Source of the DNA: Candidatus Zambryskibacteria bacterium RIFOXYD1_FULL_40_13 | Lineage (GTDB): Bacteria; Patescibacteriota; Minisyncoccia; Phycocordibacterales; DATDWN01 | Length of the DNA stretch: 64,000 nucleotides | Assembly (NCBI GenBank): GCA_001824295.1 | Contig: MHWY01000002.1 | Coordinates: 73,354 to 137,353, forward strand | Reading direction: 5' to 3' | In this document: in pieces, positions 48,445 to 57,300 of the stretch | How positions within the stretch are numbered: position 1 is the first letter of the stretch | How the letters are laid out: every line of letters begins with the position of its first letter | The notes under the pieces: model-generated | Databases searched by the model: none | The model's input: only the letters and a program-made list of their open reading frames with translations | Told to the model about the DNA's origin: nothing | Position numbers and translations under genes: made by a program

Positions 48445-48717
48445 ATGGCACATAAAAAATCAGCGGGAACAACAAAAAACGGACGAGATTCAAATCCAAA
48501 ATACCTTGGGGTTAAAATTACTGAAGGAGACAAGGCTCAAACTGGTTCAGTTATCATACGCCAAAGAGGCACAGATATTTTGCCTGGAAAGAATGTTGGC
48601 ATGGGTAAAGACCACACACTATTTGCCCTTACAGAAGGAACAGTAAAATTCGGCACCAAAAGAAAGATGCATTTCGACAACAAAGTAATGGTCAAAAAAG
48701 TTGTGCACATCATCTAA
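48445..48717 (+). CDS. rpmA: 50S ribosomal protein L27
   Basis: The product begins [24 protein letters not shown]. The start was moved to MAHKK. Confidence 0.93.
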   Translation: MAHKKSAGTTKNGRDSNPKYLGVKITEGDKAQTGSVIIRQRGTDILPGKNVGMGKDHTLFALTEGTVKFGTKRKMHFDNKVMVKKVVHII

Positions 48718-48734
48718 ATAAATTAGACTCAAAA

Positions 48735-48765
48735 CAAAACAACCTCGAAAGAGGTTGTTTTGTTT
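48735..48765. terminator. Bidirectional terminator between rpmA(+) and rplI(-) (aaaacAACCTCgaaaGAGGTTgtttt)
   Basis: A perfect stem is flanked by A-runs on one side and T-runs on the other. Confidence 0.6.
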
Positions 48766-48781
48766 TAACCAAATCTTGGTT

Positions 48782-49225
48782 TTACTTTGCTTCTACAACT
48801 ACTGCAAACTCGGCCCTTTTACCAAGCACTTCAACCGCAACCTTATATTCCCCTATTTCCTTTATTGGTTTCTCTAGAATAATTGATTCTGGATCAAGAT
48901 TGAGTCTCGCAGTTTTTATTATCTCCTCTACCAACCTTTCTTTTGTAATACCCGCAAAGAGATGGCCTTTCTCGTTCGCCTTTTCTTTGAGATTTATTAC
49001 TAGAGTCTTTATCACTTCAAGATTTTTCAAGAGTAATTCCACCTGAATCTTTCTCTCAACCATATCCTTTGATTTCATCAGTTCAATATTTTTTTCGCTC
49101 TGTGAAGTTGCTATTTGAGCCAAACCTTTGGGAATAAGCAGGTTTAATGCGTAACCATCGGCCACATTTTTTATGTCATATTTTTTTCCAACCTTTGGAA
49201 TATCTTTGAGTAATATTATTTTCAT
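48782..49225 (-). CDS. rplI: 50S ribosomal protein L9
   Basis: The product begins MKIILLKDIPKVGKKYDIKNVADGYALN. Confidence 0.9.
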   Translation of the reverse strand: MKIILLKDIPKVGKKYDIKNVADGYALNLLIPKGLAQIATSQSEKNIELMKSKDMVERKIQVELLLKNLEVIKTLVINLKEKANEKGHLFAGITKERLVEEIIKTARLNLDPESIILEKPIKEIGEYKVAVEVLGKRAEFAVVVEAK

Positions 49226-49266
49226 ATGATTCAGAATATACGAATATATAAATTATGCAAACCTGA

Positions 49267-50493
49267 CTATTGATTAAGAATTTCTATGGCTTTGTTTAGC
49301 TGAACATCAACCCCTTTTGCAAATTCCTTTTCATCGAACTTGACTTCGACATCAGGAGTTAAGCCACCGCTAGATATTGAAAGACCGTTGGGTGTAAGCC
49401 ACCTAGCAATAGTGACCTTAAGAGATGTATCAGGCGTTATTTCCACTAATTCCTGGACAGAACCTTTACCGTATGACTGTGAGCCAACGAGTGTTGCCAC
49501 TCCATGTTCATGTAGGGCTCCGGCCAAAATTTCCGAGGCACTTGCCGAACCGCCATCTATAAGTATTGCAAGCCTGAGCTGGTCATTAAAAATATTATAT
49601 CCATGACTCCTAAAGAGTTTGGCATCTTCCTCACTTTTGAAATCTTCTTTGACGATTATTTTTCCAGCAGGAAGAAACCAGGAAGCCATGTCAACTGCTG
49701 CTTCAAGATATCCCCCAGGATTACCACGAAGGTCTATAATGAGTTTGTATTTACCCGACTCAACAAATTTTCTCAATGCTTCTCTGAAAACATCAGGAGA
49801 TGTTGCCGAAAAATTATAGAGTCTAATAATAAAGACTTCACTTTTTACTTCTGTATCTATTGTTGGAATATTTATAATATCCCTAACAACATCTATTATT
49901 AACGGCTCGTCGTGACCTTCACGACCAATCGTTAATTTCACTTTTGTACCCCTCTTCCCTTTGATAAGTTTTATGGATTCAGTTGTACTTAGCCCGTCGG
50001 TAAATGTGTCATCAATTTTTATAATTTTATCACCAGACTTAATACCAGCCCGGTATGCGGGAGTATCCTTAAGTGGAGCAATAACTGTCAGTACTCCTTC
50101 CTTTATACCAACCTCCATACCTACCCCTTCAAAGTTTCCACTTATTTCTTCGCTAAAGCTCTTTGATTCAACCGGAGGAAAGAAAATGGTATATGGGTCG
50201 TCCAAGGACTCCACCATACCCTCTATAGCACCATATACCCTAGCTTGGTCAGTTACCTCTCTAGTTGTAGTGGAATTTGTTGAAACATATTTTTCATTTA
50301 TGACCTGCCAAGCTTTCCAAAATGCATCAAAGTCAACACCTGCTGATACTTCAGAGTCCTTGTTGGATAATGCAACAATTTTATCCTTGTCCGACTGTTC
50401 ATTCTTCCCAGCATAAAAACCAGAGTAAAAAACAGCAAGAAGAACTATCACTACACCAAAAACATATGCTCTGTATTTAAAAAAATTATTCAT
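49267..50493 (-). CDS. ctpA: Carboxy-terminal processing protease (S41)
   Basis: A PDZ domain is followed by the S41 core (IIDLRGNPGGYL) and a catalytic Ser/Lys region. Confidence 0.88.
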   Translation of the reverse strand: MNNFFKYRAYVFGVVIVLLAVFYSGFYAGKNEQSDKDKIVALSNKDSEVSAGVDFDAFWKAWQVINEKYVSTNSTTTREVTDQARVYGAIEGMVESLDDPYTIFFPPVESKSFSEEISGNFEGVGMEVGIKEGVLTVIAPLKDTPAYRAGIKSGDKIIKIDDTFTDGLSTTESIKLIKGKRGTKVKLTIGREGHDEPLIIDVVRDIINIPTIDTEVKSEVFIIRLYNFSATSPDVFREALRKFVESGKYKLIIDLRGNPGGYLEAAVDMASWFLPAGKIIVKEDFKSEEDAKLFRSHGYNIFNDQLRLAILIDGGSASASEILAGALHEHGVATLVGSQSYGKGSVQELVEITPDTSLKVTIARWLTPNGLSISSGGLTPDVEVKFDEKEFAKGVDVQLNKAIEILNQ

Positions 50494-50559
50494 CTAGTTT
50501 ACCAATTATCTCAAAAAAAAATATTGTGGTCAACCCAAAATTCCGATATACTTTTAGAT

Positions 50560-51966
50560 ATGAACAAGATTTTCTTACACAACACACTTACAGGCAAAAA
50601 GGAGGAATTCAAACCAATTAACCCTGATGAAATCGGTATCTATTCTTGTGGTCCAACGGTTTACTGGAATCAACACATAGGCCATATGTACGCTTATGTT
50701 CAATGGGATTCATTGGTAAGGTCACTAAAGTATCTAGGATATAACACCAAATGGGTTATGAACCTTACAGACGTTGGCCATCTAACGGGAGACAATGAGG
50801 GTGACGCAGACACGGGTGAGGATAGAATGGAAAAAGGTGCAACGAGAGAGGGCCTAAGTGTTTGGGAAATTGCTGACAAATACATAGTCCAATTCCAGGA
50901 AAGTTTAAGAATGCTTAACATTCTTTCACCAGATGTATTGTGTAGAGCTACAGAACATATTCCAGAGCAGATAGAACTCATAAAAAAGATGGAGGAACAC
51001 AATTTTACTTACAAGACCAAAACCGGCCTGGTTTTTGATACTGAGAAATTTCCCAGATATTCTGAATTTGCACACCTTGATTTGGAAAACCAAAACGCGG
51101 GCAGTCGTGTATCTGTGGATGTAGACAAGAAGAAACCTTGGGACTTTCTCTTGTGGATTACGAATCAACCAAACCATATTATGAAATGGGAGTCACCTTG
51201 GGGAGTTGGTTTCCCCGGATGGCATGTAGAATGTACAGCCATGTCAACAAAGTATCTCGGAGAAACATTTGATATCCATACAGGAGGAAAGGAACACATA
51301 CCAATACACCACACAAACGAAATCGCCCAGGGGTTCGGGGCTTTTGGTCACCAAACAGCAAATTACTGGTTGCATAATGAATGGATGCTTTTTGATAATA
51401 AGAAAATCAGCAAAAGTTTAGGAAATTCTATCCTAGTTAGTGACCTACAGGAAAAGGGATTCTCTCCCCTCTCACTTCGTTATCTTATACTAACCACTCA
51501 TTATAAAACCGGACTTAATTTCACCTGGGAGAGTCTCTCTGCAGTTGAAACAGCATACAGCAAACTTCTGGAGAATATTGCTAATTTGAAAAAGGAGGTT
51601 ACTAACGCCGATGTAAGTGATAAAACGATACTAGAGAAATATCAGGGTGAATTTAGAGAATGTCTAGCTGACGACCTCAATTTTGCTAAATCTATTGGAC
51701 TTCTATGGCAGATATTGAAATCAACCGAAATTGATTCAAAAACAAAACTGGATTTGGTTTTGGATTTTGACAAAGTGCTTGGTTTGAATTTGGATAATAC
51801 AGATGCCTTTGTAATACCTGAAAACATTCAGAAGCTTATTGACGAACGCGATAAAGCACGGGCAAATAAGGACTTCCAAAGCAGTGACAAAATCAGACAA
51901 GATATTGAATCTCAGGGCTTTAATGTGAGAGATACTGATAAAGGAACTACGGTGACTCCTCGTTAG
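50560..51966 (+). CDS. cysS: Cysteine--tRNA ligase
   Basis: The product has HIGH (NQHIGHMY) and KMSKS-like (KISKSLGN) motifs. The start was moved to MNKIFLHN. Confidence 0.92.
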   Translation: MNKIFLHNTLTGKKEEFKPINPDEIGIYSCGPTVYWNQHIGHMYAYVQWDSLVRSLKYLGYNTKWVMNLTDVGHLTGDNEGDADTGEDRMEKGATREGLSVWEIADKYIVQFQESLRMLNILSPDVLCRATEHIPEQIELIKKMEEHNFTYKTKTGLVFDTEKFPRYSEFAHLDLENQNAGSRVSVDVDKKKPWDFLLWITNQPNHIMKWESPWGVGFPGWHVECTAMSTKYLGETFDIHTGGKEHIPIHHTNEIAQGFGAFGHQTANYWLHNEWMLFDNKKISKSLGNSILVSDLQEKGFSPLSLRYLILTTHYKTGLNFTWESLSAVETAYSKLLENIANLKKEVTNADVSDKTILEKYQGEFRECLADDLNFAKSIGLLWQILKSTEIDSKTKLDLVLDFDKVLGLNLDNTDAFVIPENIQKLIDERDKARANKDFQSSDKIRQDIESQGFNVRDTDKGTTVTPR

Positions 51967-52036
51967 ACACAACTTGCCCACAGGTTAAACACAATTACAA
52001 TATTTGCATGTATTTTTTACATGATAGAATATCTGC

Positions 52037-53434
52037 ATGGCACAAGCTCAAACCGTTATTACCCAAACAGTAACAAACAGACTAAGAATCCCTCCACAAA
52101 GTCTTGAGGCAGAGATGGCTCTACTTGGTTCAATAATGCTTCGCCCTGAAGCTCTCTTTGATATTATGGAAGTGGTTATTCCAGATTCCTTCTACTCGGA
52201 AAAACACCGAGTTATTTTTGAAACAATGTTGGAATTATTTACCAAGCGTTCCCCTATTGACTTACTATCTGTATCCACCAAACTCAAGGAAAAAGGTTGG
52301 CTAGACCAAATCGGCGGAAATACTTATTTAACTGAACTTGTAAATGTCGTTCCATCTTCGGCCAATGTAGGATACTACGCAGAAATTGTTCAAAAAAAAT
52401 ATATGATGCGCAGACTCATAGAAGCATCTGACCATATTTCCCAAATCGGATATGATGAGAACAAAGAGTTAATTGAAATGCTTGATGTTGCAGAAAAAAA
52501 ACTTTTTGATGTAACTCAATCTCATGCATCTCACAAATTTGTCTCGCTCAAGGATGAACTAACTGAAGCCTGGGACAGACTAGATAAACTGCACACGGAA
52601 GGACAAGGCATTCGTGGAATACCAACAGGTTTTGCTGACTTGGATTTCAAACTTGCCGGTTTTCAAAAGTCAGACCTTATTATTCTAGCTGCTAGACCAT
52701 CAATGGGTAAGACGGCTCTTGCCCTAGATATTGCCAGACAAACTGCAGTCAATCATGGAACTTCGGTTGGAATATTTTCTCTTGAAATGTCCTCTCAACA
52801 GCTTGTAGATAGAATGCTGGCTGCCCAGTCAAATGTTGACGCATGGAAAATGCGAACAGGTAAACTCTCAAGGCAAGATGATTTTGAATCAATCCGCAAT
52901 GGTCTGGATTTGCTCAGCAAAGCCCCAATATATATTGACGACCAGCCCGGAAACAATATCTTGAAAATGCGTTCAATTGCCAGAAGACTAAAGAGTGAGA
53001 AAGGTTTAGGACTTATAGTGGTTGACTATCTACAGCTTATGGTACCGACAAACACTAAGACAGATAACTTGGTACAACAAACCACAGAAATATCTAGGTC
53101 ACTCAAAAACTTGGCCCGCGAGCTCGATGTCCCCGTGCTTGCTCTTTCACAGCTTTCTCGTGCCGTAGAGGCCCGTGGAGGCCGTCCACGCCTCTCTGAC
53201 CTCAGGGATTCAGGTTCTATTGAGCAGGACGCAGATGTTGTTATGTTCATTCACCGAGAGGACAAGTACAAAGATGAATCAGAAAAAACAAACATTGCTG
53301 AAATTTTGATAGAAAAGCACAGAAACGGTGAGACAGGCAAAGTTGATTTATTTTTCAACGAAAAAAAGGCAACATTTCAGTCAATGGATAAGTCGCAATA
53401 TGGAGGAGTTGAGAAAGAGTTTTCAGATTTCTAA
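52037..53434 (+). CDS. dnaB: Replicative DNA helicase
   Basis: A DnaB N-terminal domain is followed by a RecA-like core (ARPSMGKTALALDIA). Confidence 0.95.
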   Translation: MAQAQTVITQTVTNRLRIPPQSLEAEMALLGSIMLRPEALFDIMEVVIPDSFYSEKHRVIFETMLELFTKRSPIDLLSVSTKLKEKGWLDQIGGNTYLTELVNVVPSSANVGYYAEIVQKKYMMRRLIEASDHISQIGYDENKELIEMLDVAEKKLFDVTQSHASHKFVSLKDELTEAWDRLDKLHTEGQGIRGIPTGFADLDFKLAGFQKSDLIILAARPSMGKTALALDIARQTAVNHGTSVGIFSLEMSSQQLVDRMLAAQSNVDAWKMRTGKLSRQDDFESIRNGLDLLSKAPIYIDDQPGNNILKMRSIARRLKSEKGLGLIVVDYLQLMVPTNTKTDNLVQQTTEISRSLKNLARELDVPVLALSQLSRAVEARGGRPRLSDLRDSGSIEQDADVVMFIHREDKYKDESEKTNIAEILIEKHRNGETGKVDLFFNEKKATFQSMDKSQYGGVEKEFSDF

Positions 53435-53468
53435 TATACGAAAATAGAAATCTACGAATAATTAACGA

Positions 53469-53849
53469 ATGTATACGAAAAATAAAGTTAGCGAAAAGGT
53501 TTTTTTTCCTGAGCTATCTTACATGCTCAGTGGTATATTTTTTAGTGTTCACAATGAGCTTGGCTGTTTTGCCAGGGAAAAACAATATGGAGATTTAATA
53601 GAAATAAAGTTAAATGAATCAAAAATTAAATACGAGCGTGAGGTAAATATAAGTAACAGTGGTAATGTTCTTGATTTTGTTATTGATGGTAAAATAATAT
53701 TGGAATTGAAATCAACAAGAAGAATTATCAGTGAACACTTTCGCCAAATACAAAACTATTTGCAACAAGCCAATATTGAACTTGGAATTTTGGTCAATTT
53801 CAGATATAAATACATTAAACCAATTAGAATTATTCGTATACATTCGTAA
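53469..53849 (+). CDS. GxxExxY-family protein (PD-(D/E)xK-like)
   Basis: The product has ...GCFAREKQY...VLDFVIDGKIILELK...IQNYL...LGILVNF, the signature layout of the GxxExxY family. Confidence 0.65.
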   Translation: MYTKNKVSEKVFFPELSYMLSGIFFSVHNELGCFAREKQYGDLIEIKLNESKIKYEREVNISNSGNVLDFVIDGKIILELKSTRRIISEHFRQIQNYLQQANIELGILVNFRYKYIKPIRIIRIHS

Positions 53850-53878
53850 CCATTTTGACTTAATTTTCGTATCTTACT

Positions 53879-54490
53879 ATGGATAACACTGAAAAACTAA
53901 TAGAGCTTTTTAAGGAATTTCCTGGAATCGGACCAAGACAAGCAAAAAGGTTTGTCTACTTTCTGCTTAACCGAAACCCTGGGTATGCAAGTGACCTGGC
54001 CAAACTCATGACAGAAGTCAGGGCTACGGTACATTCATGTGATACCTGTTTTAGATTCTTTCCAAATACCACAAACACCACCTGTTCTGTTTGCAGAGAC
54101 AACACTCGTGACAAGAAACTCCTTATGGTTGTCTCACATGATGTTGATTTTGAAAACATTGAGAAAACACATTTCTATAATGGCTACTATTTTATTCTCG
54201 GTGGAGCGGTGCCCATACTAGAAAAAACACCAGAAAAAAGAATCCGCCAAGATGATTTGGTCAAAACTATTGAAATGAAAGCAAAAAGTGGTTTAGCAGA
54301 AATCATTATGGCACTAAACTATAATCCCGAAGGAGAAAACACACTGACCTACCTCTCTCAGATACTTAAACCCATAGCTGAAAAAAATAATATAAAAATA
54401 TCAACTCTTGGCCGAGGACTTTCTACTGGCACGGAACTTGAATACTCGGATTCAGACACAATCAAAAACGCACTAAAAAACAGACAATAA
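53879..54490 (+). CDS. recR: Recombination protein RecR
   Basis: The product has a helix-hairpin-helix (FPGIGPRQAKR), a C4 zinc finger (CDTC...CSVC) and a Toprim domain. Confidence 0.93.
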   Translation: MDNTEKLIELFKEFPGIGPRQAKRFVYFLLNRNPGYASDLAKLMTEVRATVHSCDTCFRFFPNTTNTTCSVCRDNTRDKKLLMVVSHDVDFENIEKTHFYNGYYFILGGAVPILEKTPEKRIRQDDLVKTIEMKAKSGLAEIIMALNYNPEGENTLTYLSQILKPIAEKNNIKISTLGRGLSTGTELEYSDSDTIKNALKNRQ

Positions 54491-54491
54491 A

Positions 54492-54517
54492 AACAACCTC
54501 CGAGTGGAGGTTGTTTT
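54492..54517. terminator. Bidirectional terminator between recR(+) and rplU(-) (aaacAACCTCCgagtGGAGGTTgtttt)
   Basis: A perfect stem is flanked by A-runs on one side and T-runs on the other. Confidence 0.6.
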
Positions 54518-54519
54518 AT

Positions 54520-54837
54520 TTATTTTATTGTATCAATTTTTACTTTAAACCAAGGCTGTCTGTGTCCGTTCTTTTTGAAATATCTGCTTTTTTGTTTGTA
54601 TTTAACTACATCCACGGTCTTGTTTCTGCCAATCTCTGCAAGAGTTGCTTCCACCTTGGCAGTAGCTATGTATGGAGTTCCGATTTTTGTATCCTTACCA
54701 TCTTCCACAAGTAAAACCTCGTTAAAGGTTATCTTGTCTCCGACTTTAAAATCTCCCTTGAATTTCTCAATCTTAACAACATCTCCTTTGGAGACCTTGT
54801 ACTGCTTTCCACCTGTTTTTATGATAGCAAATTCCAT
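54520..54837 (-). CDS. rplU: 50S ribosomal protein L21
   Basis: The product begins MEFAIIKTGGKQYKVSKGDVV. The start was moved to MEFAII. Confidence 0.9.
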   Translation of the reverse strand: MEFAIIKTGGKQYKVSKGDVVKIEKFKGDFKVGDKITFNEVLLVEDGKDTKIGTPYIATAKVEATLAEIGRNKTVDVVKYKQKSRYFKKNGHRQPWFKVKIDTIK

Positions 54838-54888
54838 ATATTTAAGTCCTAGTAATATACACAAAATAGCCTAACTTTGCAAGTATTA

Positions 54889-54923
54889 TAGAGAAACCCC
54901 GCACCAAGGCTTTTGGCACGGGG
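54889..54923 (-). terminator. GC-rich intrinsic terminator (ccccgugcc...ggugcgggg + TTTCTCTAT on the minus strand)
   Basis: A 9-bp stem with two G-U pairs lies downstream of the small ORF ending at 54947. Confidence 0.5.
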
Positions 54924-54946
54924 GTCCGTTAGTTACCGACTGATGC

Positions 54947-55159
54947 TCAGATCCTAGCGATCCTCGCATCGATGGCGTCAATCTTGTCCAAATAGTGGGC
55001 CCTGTAGAAACGAGCCATATCGACACCCTCTAGGTCGTCCTCCTTCCGAGCTTCCCTCTCAGCAATGCGCCAGTATACCGCATCTTCTCGGGCTAGCTGT
55101 CGACGCCAGCGGTACCATGCACGAAGAACACTTCTTTTGACCCAGGCAATGGTCCTCAT
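54947..55159 (-). CDS. GC-rich Arg/Trp-rich ORFan, 70 aa
   Basis: The ATG has AGGGAGGG 7 nt upstream. The GC content is elevated and the ORF has its own terminator. Confidence 0.5.
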   Translation of the reverse strand: MRTIAWVKRSVLRAWYRWRRQLAREDAVYWRIAEREARKEDDLEGVDMARFYRAHYLDKIDAIDARIARI

Positions 55160-55208
55160 CGGAAATCCCTCCCTATCAGTATTTAATACTAATTTTGGTA
55201 TTTGTCAA

Positions 55209-56246
55209 CTATTCCTCTACTTCCGGTTTATCCAACAATGTTGGTTCAAAATCTATTGAGTTACCGGTGATACGAACAACATCCTTATCTATCTTTTTGA
55301 ACTCCTTGCTTGAACTATTGAAATGGTTTACAACCGTTCCAAGCGCTGACCCAAGTTTACTATGATAATCCTCGTACTTCTTCAGGTGAGTTCCTATCTC
55401 CCCCACCCTTTTTATAATATCCTTTGTTGTCTCTTCTATCTGCATGGCCTTAAGACCCTGCAAAACAGTTTGGAGGTAGGCCAAGAAGGAGGTTGGCGAA
55501 ACAATAATCACCTTGTATTTCCCCGCTGCCCGCTGAATAAGGTTCTCTGTGTCTTCCGTCACTGCTCCTATTTTATTTATAAGCAAATCATAGTAAATTG
55601 CCTCATGTGGAATAAACATGAAAGCAAATTCCATCGTACCTTCATTTGGACGAATATATTTTGCTGTTTCTGTAATACGAAGCTTCAGGTCATTTACAAA
55701 AAGTTTTTCCAATCTATCCTTTTCACTCTGGTCTGTTGTCCCTATCATTCTGTTATAGTTTTCCAGTGAAAACTTTGAGTCAATGGGTATAATCTTATCC
55801 TTAACAAAAACTACTGCATCCACTATTTCCCCGTTGCTAAACGCGTACTGCATTTGGTACTGACCAGGAGGCATTATATTTTTTAGAAGTGTTTCAAGGT
55901 AGTACTCTCCGAGAATTCCCCTCTGTTTTGGATTCTTCAAAATATCTTGAAGGTTCTGAAGTTGGTCGGCAAAAGAAACCACCTGGCGATTAGTCTCGTC
56001 TAGTTTTGTCAGCCCTTTTGTCACCTCACGAATAAGATTTGCGGACTCTCCGAGCTGTGACCTTACCGACTCATTCATGTGTCTTGTACTTTCACCGATT
56101 TTGGAATCAACAGTTCTGTTAAGTTCGTTTATTTGTTGGAGTATTAGTTTAAGTCCTGTTTCATCTGTGGATGATTTTGGTTTCAAGAAATAGACGGCAA
56201 GACCACCGAGGGCAAGTCCAATCAAAATGTACAGTAATATTTCCAT
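55209..56246 (-). CDS. rmuC: DNA recombination protein RmuC
   Basis: An N-terminal TM helix is followed by a coiled coil and an RmuC-like core (...RGILGEYYLETLLKN...). Confidence 0.75.
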   Translation of the reverse strand: MEILLYILIGLALGGLAVYFLKPKSSTDETGLKLILQQINELNRTVDSKIGESTRHMNESVRSQLGESANLIREVTKGLTKLDETNRQVVSFADQLQNLQDILKNPKQRGILGEYYLETLLKNIMPPGQYQMQYAFSNGEIVDAVVFVKDKIIPIDSKFSLENYNRMIGTTDQSEKDRLEKLFVNDLKLRITETAKYIRPNEGTMEFAFMFIPHEAIYYDLLINKIGAVTEDTENLIQRAAGKYKVIIVSPTSFLAYLQTVLQGLKAMQIEETTKDIIKRVGEIGTHLKKYEDYHSKLGSALGTVVNHFNSSSKEFKKIDKDVVRITGNSIDFEPTLLDKPEVEE

Positions 56247-56341
56247 ACAAACATTATACTAAATATAGATAAAATGTGATAATATTTTCATTGTACCCAC
56301 TTTATAAACTTTAAGACTTTCAACTTTCTAACTATATTTTT

Positions 56342-56797
56342 ATGACTCTACATCAAACACTTAAGGAACAAATAAAGGAAGCAATGAAAGCCCACGAAGC
56401 CACTCGTCTCAGTGTCTTGAGAGGCCTAGTTTCAAGCTGTACAAACGAGCTTGTGGCCATGAAAAAACTACCCACAGATGAGCTCACAGATGATGAAGTT
56501 CTAAATGTTATCAGGCGAGCAGTAAAACAGAGAAAAGACTCAATCGAACAGTTTACAAAAGGCAACCGTGAGGACTTAGCAACAAGCGAAAAAGCAGAGC
56601 TTCTTATCCTAGAAAGGTATCTCCCACAGATGATGTCTGAAGATGAGGTTATGACTTTTGCAAAGAACAAAATGATAGAGCTTGGGGATATAGATAAATC
56701 TAAATCTGGTATGTTTGTGGGCATTCTCATGAAGGAACTCAAAGGAAAAGCAGACGGAGACACCGTTAAAGCTGTAGTTGATAAGCTATCAAGCTAA
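56342..56797 (+). CDS. yqeY: GatB/YqeY-domain protein
   Basis: The whole product resembles YqeY (MTLHQTLKEQIKEAMKA...). Confidence 0.85.
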   Translation: MTLHQTLKEQIKEAMKAHEATRLSVLRGLVSSCTNELVAMKKLPTDELTDDEVLNVIRRAVKQRKDSIEQFTKGNREDLATSEKAELLILERYLPQMMSEDEVMTFAKNKMIELGDIDKSKSGMFVGILMKELKGKADGDTVKAVVDKLSS

Positions 56798-56874
56798 CAG
56801 GTCGACAAAACCACACTACACTGGGTAACCCTATGTAATGTGGTTTTTGTTGACAATAAGTGGATATCGAGCAT

Positions 56875-56903
56875 TGACAAATGCGTATTTAACATAGTAT
56901 AAT
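56875..56903 (+). promoter_or_regulatory. Consensus sigma70 promoter TTGACA-17-TATAAT
   Basis: The -35 hexamer TTGACA lies at 56875-56880, the spacer is 17 nt, and the -10 hexamer TATAAT lies at 56898-56903. The promoter is about 24 nt upstream of the SD and ATG of the small ORF at 56927. Confidence 0.5.
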
Positions 56904-56926
56904 ACTGACAGAGAAAGGGGCACCCC

Positions 56927-57181
56927 ATGATACCGAGAAGGATTATGGAGCGGATGATTGAGAAGGCTCGAGTCCGCTACGCAAAGGAAATGGCGGCCTA
57001 CAAAGGCGGGCTAGTGAGAAAGCCACCAAGCTTCCAGAGCATTAAGTTCGCGATCCTCCTTGAGGAGGGATACGACCTCATGGAGTCACCCAATGCCATG
57101 GCAGAGCTCACTTCTGCCTACAATCGGGAACGGGAACGAAGAAAGGCTCTGTGGAGAGAAAGAATCTCCAGGGGTGCCTAG
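56927..57181 (+). CDS. GC-rich ORFan, 84 aa
   Basis: It has a consensus promoter, an AAAGGGG SD and a downstream hairpin terminator. The GC content is elevated. Confidence 0.55.
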   Translation: MIPRRIMERMIEKARVRYAKEMAAYKGGLVRKPPSFQSIKFAILLEEGYDLMESPNAMAELTSAYNRERERRKALWRERISRGA

Positions 57182-57189
57182 CACACCAC

Positions 57190-57217
57190 AAGGGGCGACC
57201 ATCGCAGGTCGCCCTTA
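57190..57217 (+). terminator. Hairpin aaggggcgacc-atcgca-ggtcgccctt
   Basis: The stem is near-perfect and lies directly after the ORF. The T-tract is weak. Confidence 0.45.
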
Positions 57218-57232
57218 AACACCTCTACTTTT

Positions 57233-57300
57233 CCCGGTAGTAGATTTTGCCATTGCTCTTTCAGAGCGGGCAAAGCCCAATGTCAAAATTCACTACCGGG
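57233..57300. repeat. Palindromic element copy 3 (CCCGGTAGTAGATTTTGCCATTG ... CAATGTCAAAATTCACTACCGGG)
   Basis: The 23-bp inverted repeat has a 22-bp spacer with nested hairpins (gctctttcagagc; gggcaaagccc). The right arm overlaps the last codons and supplies the TAG stop of the 916-aa gene. Confidence 0.6.

Noticed and set aside
48717-54520. rplU and rpmA not adjacent (separated by ~6 kb containing recR, GxxExxY, dnaB, cysS, ctpA and rplI on mixed strands)
   Set aside because: This is unusual gene order, but it is a rearrangement observation only and no evidence points to a specific element causing it.
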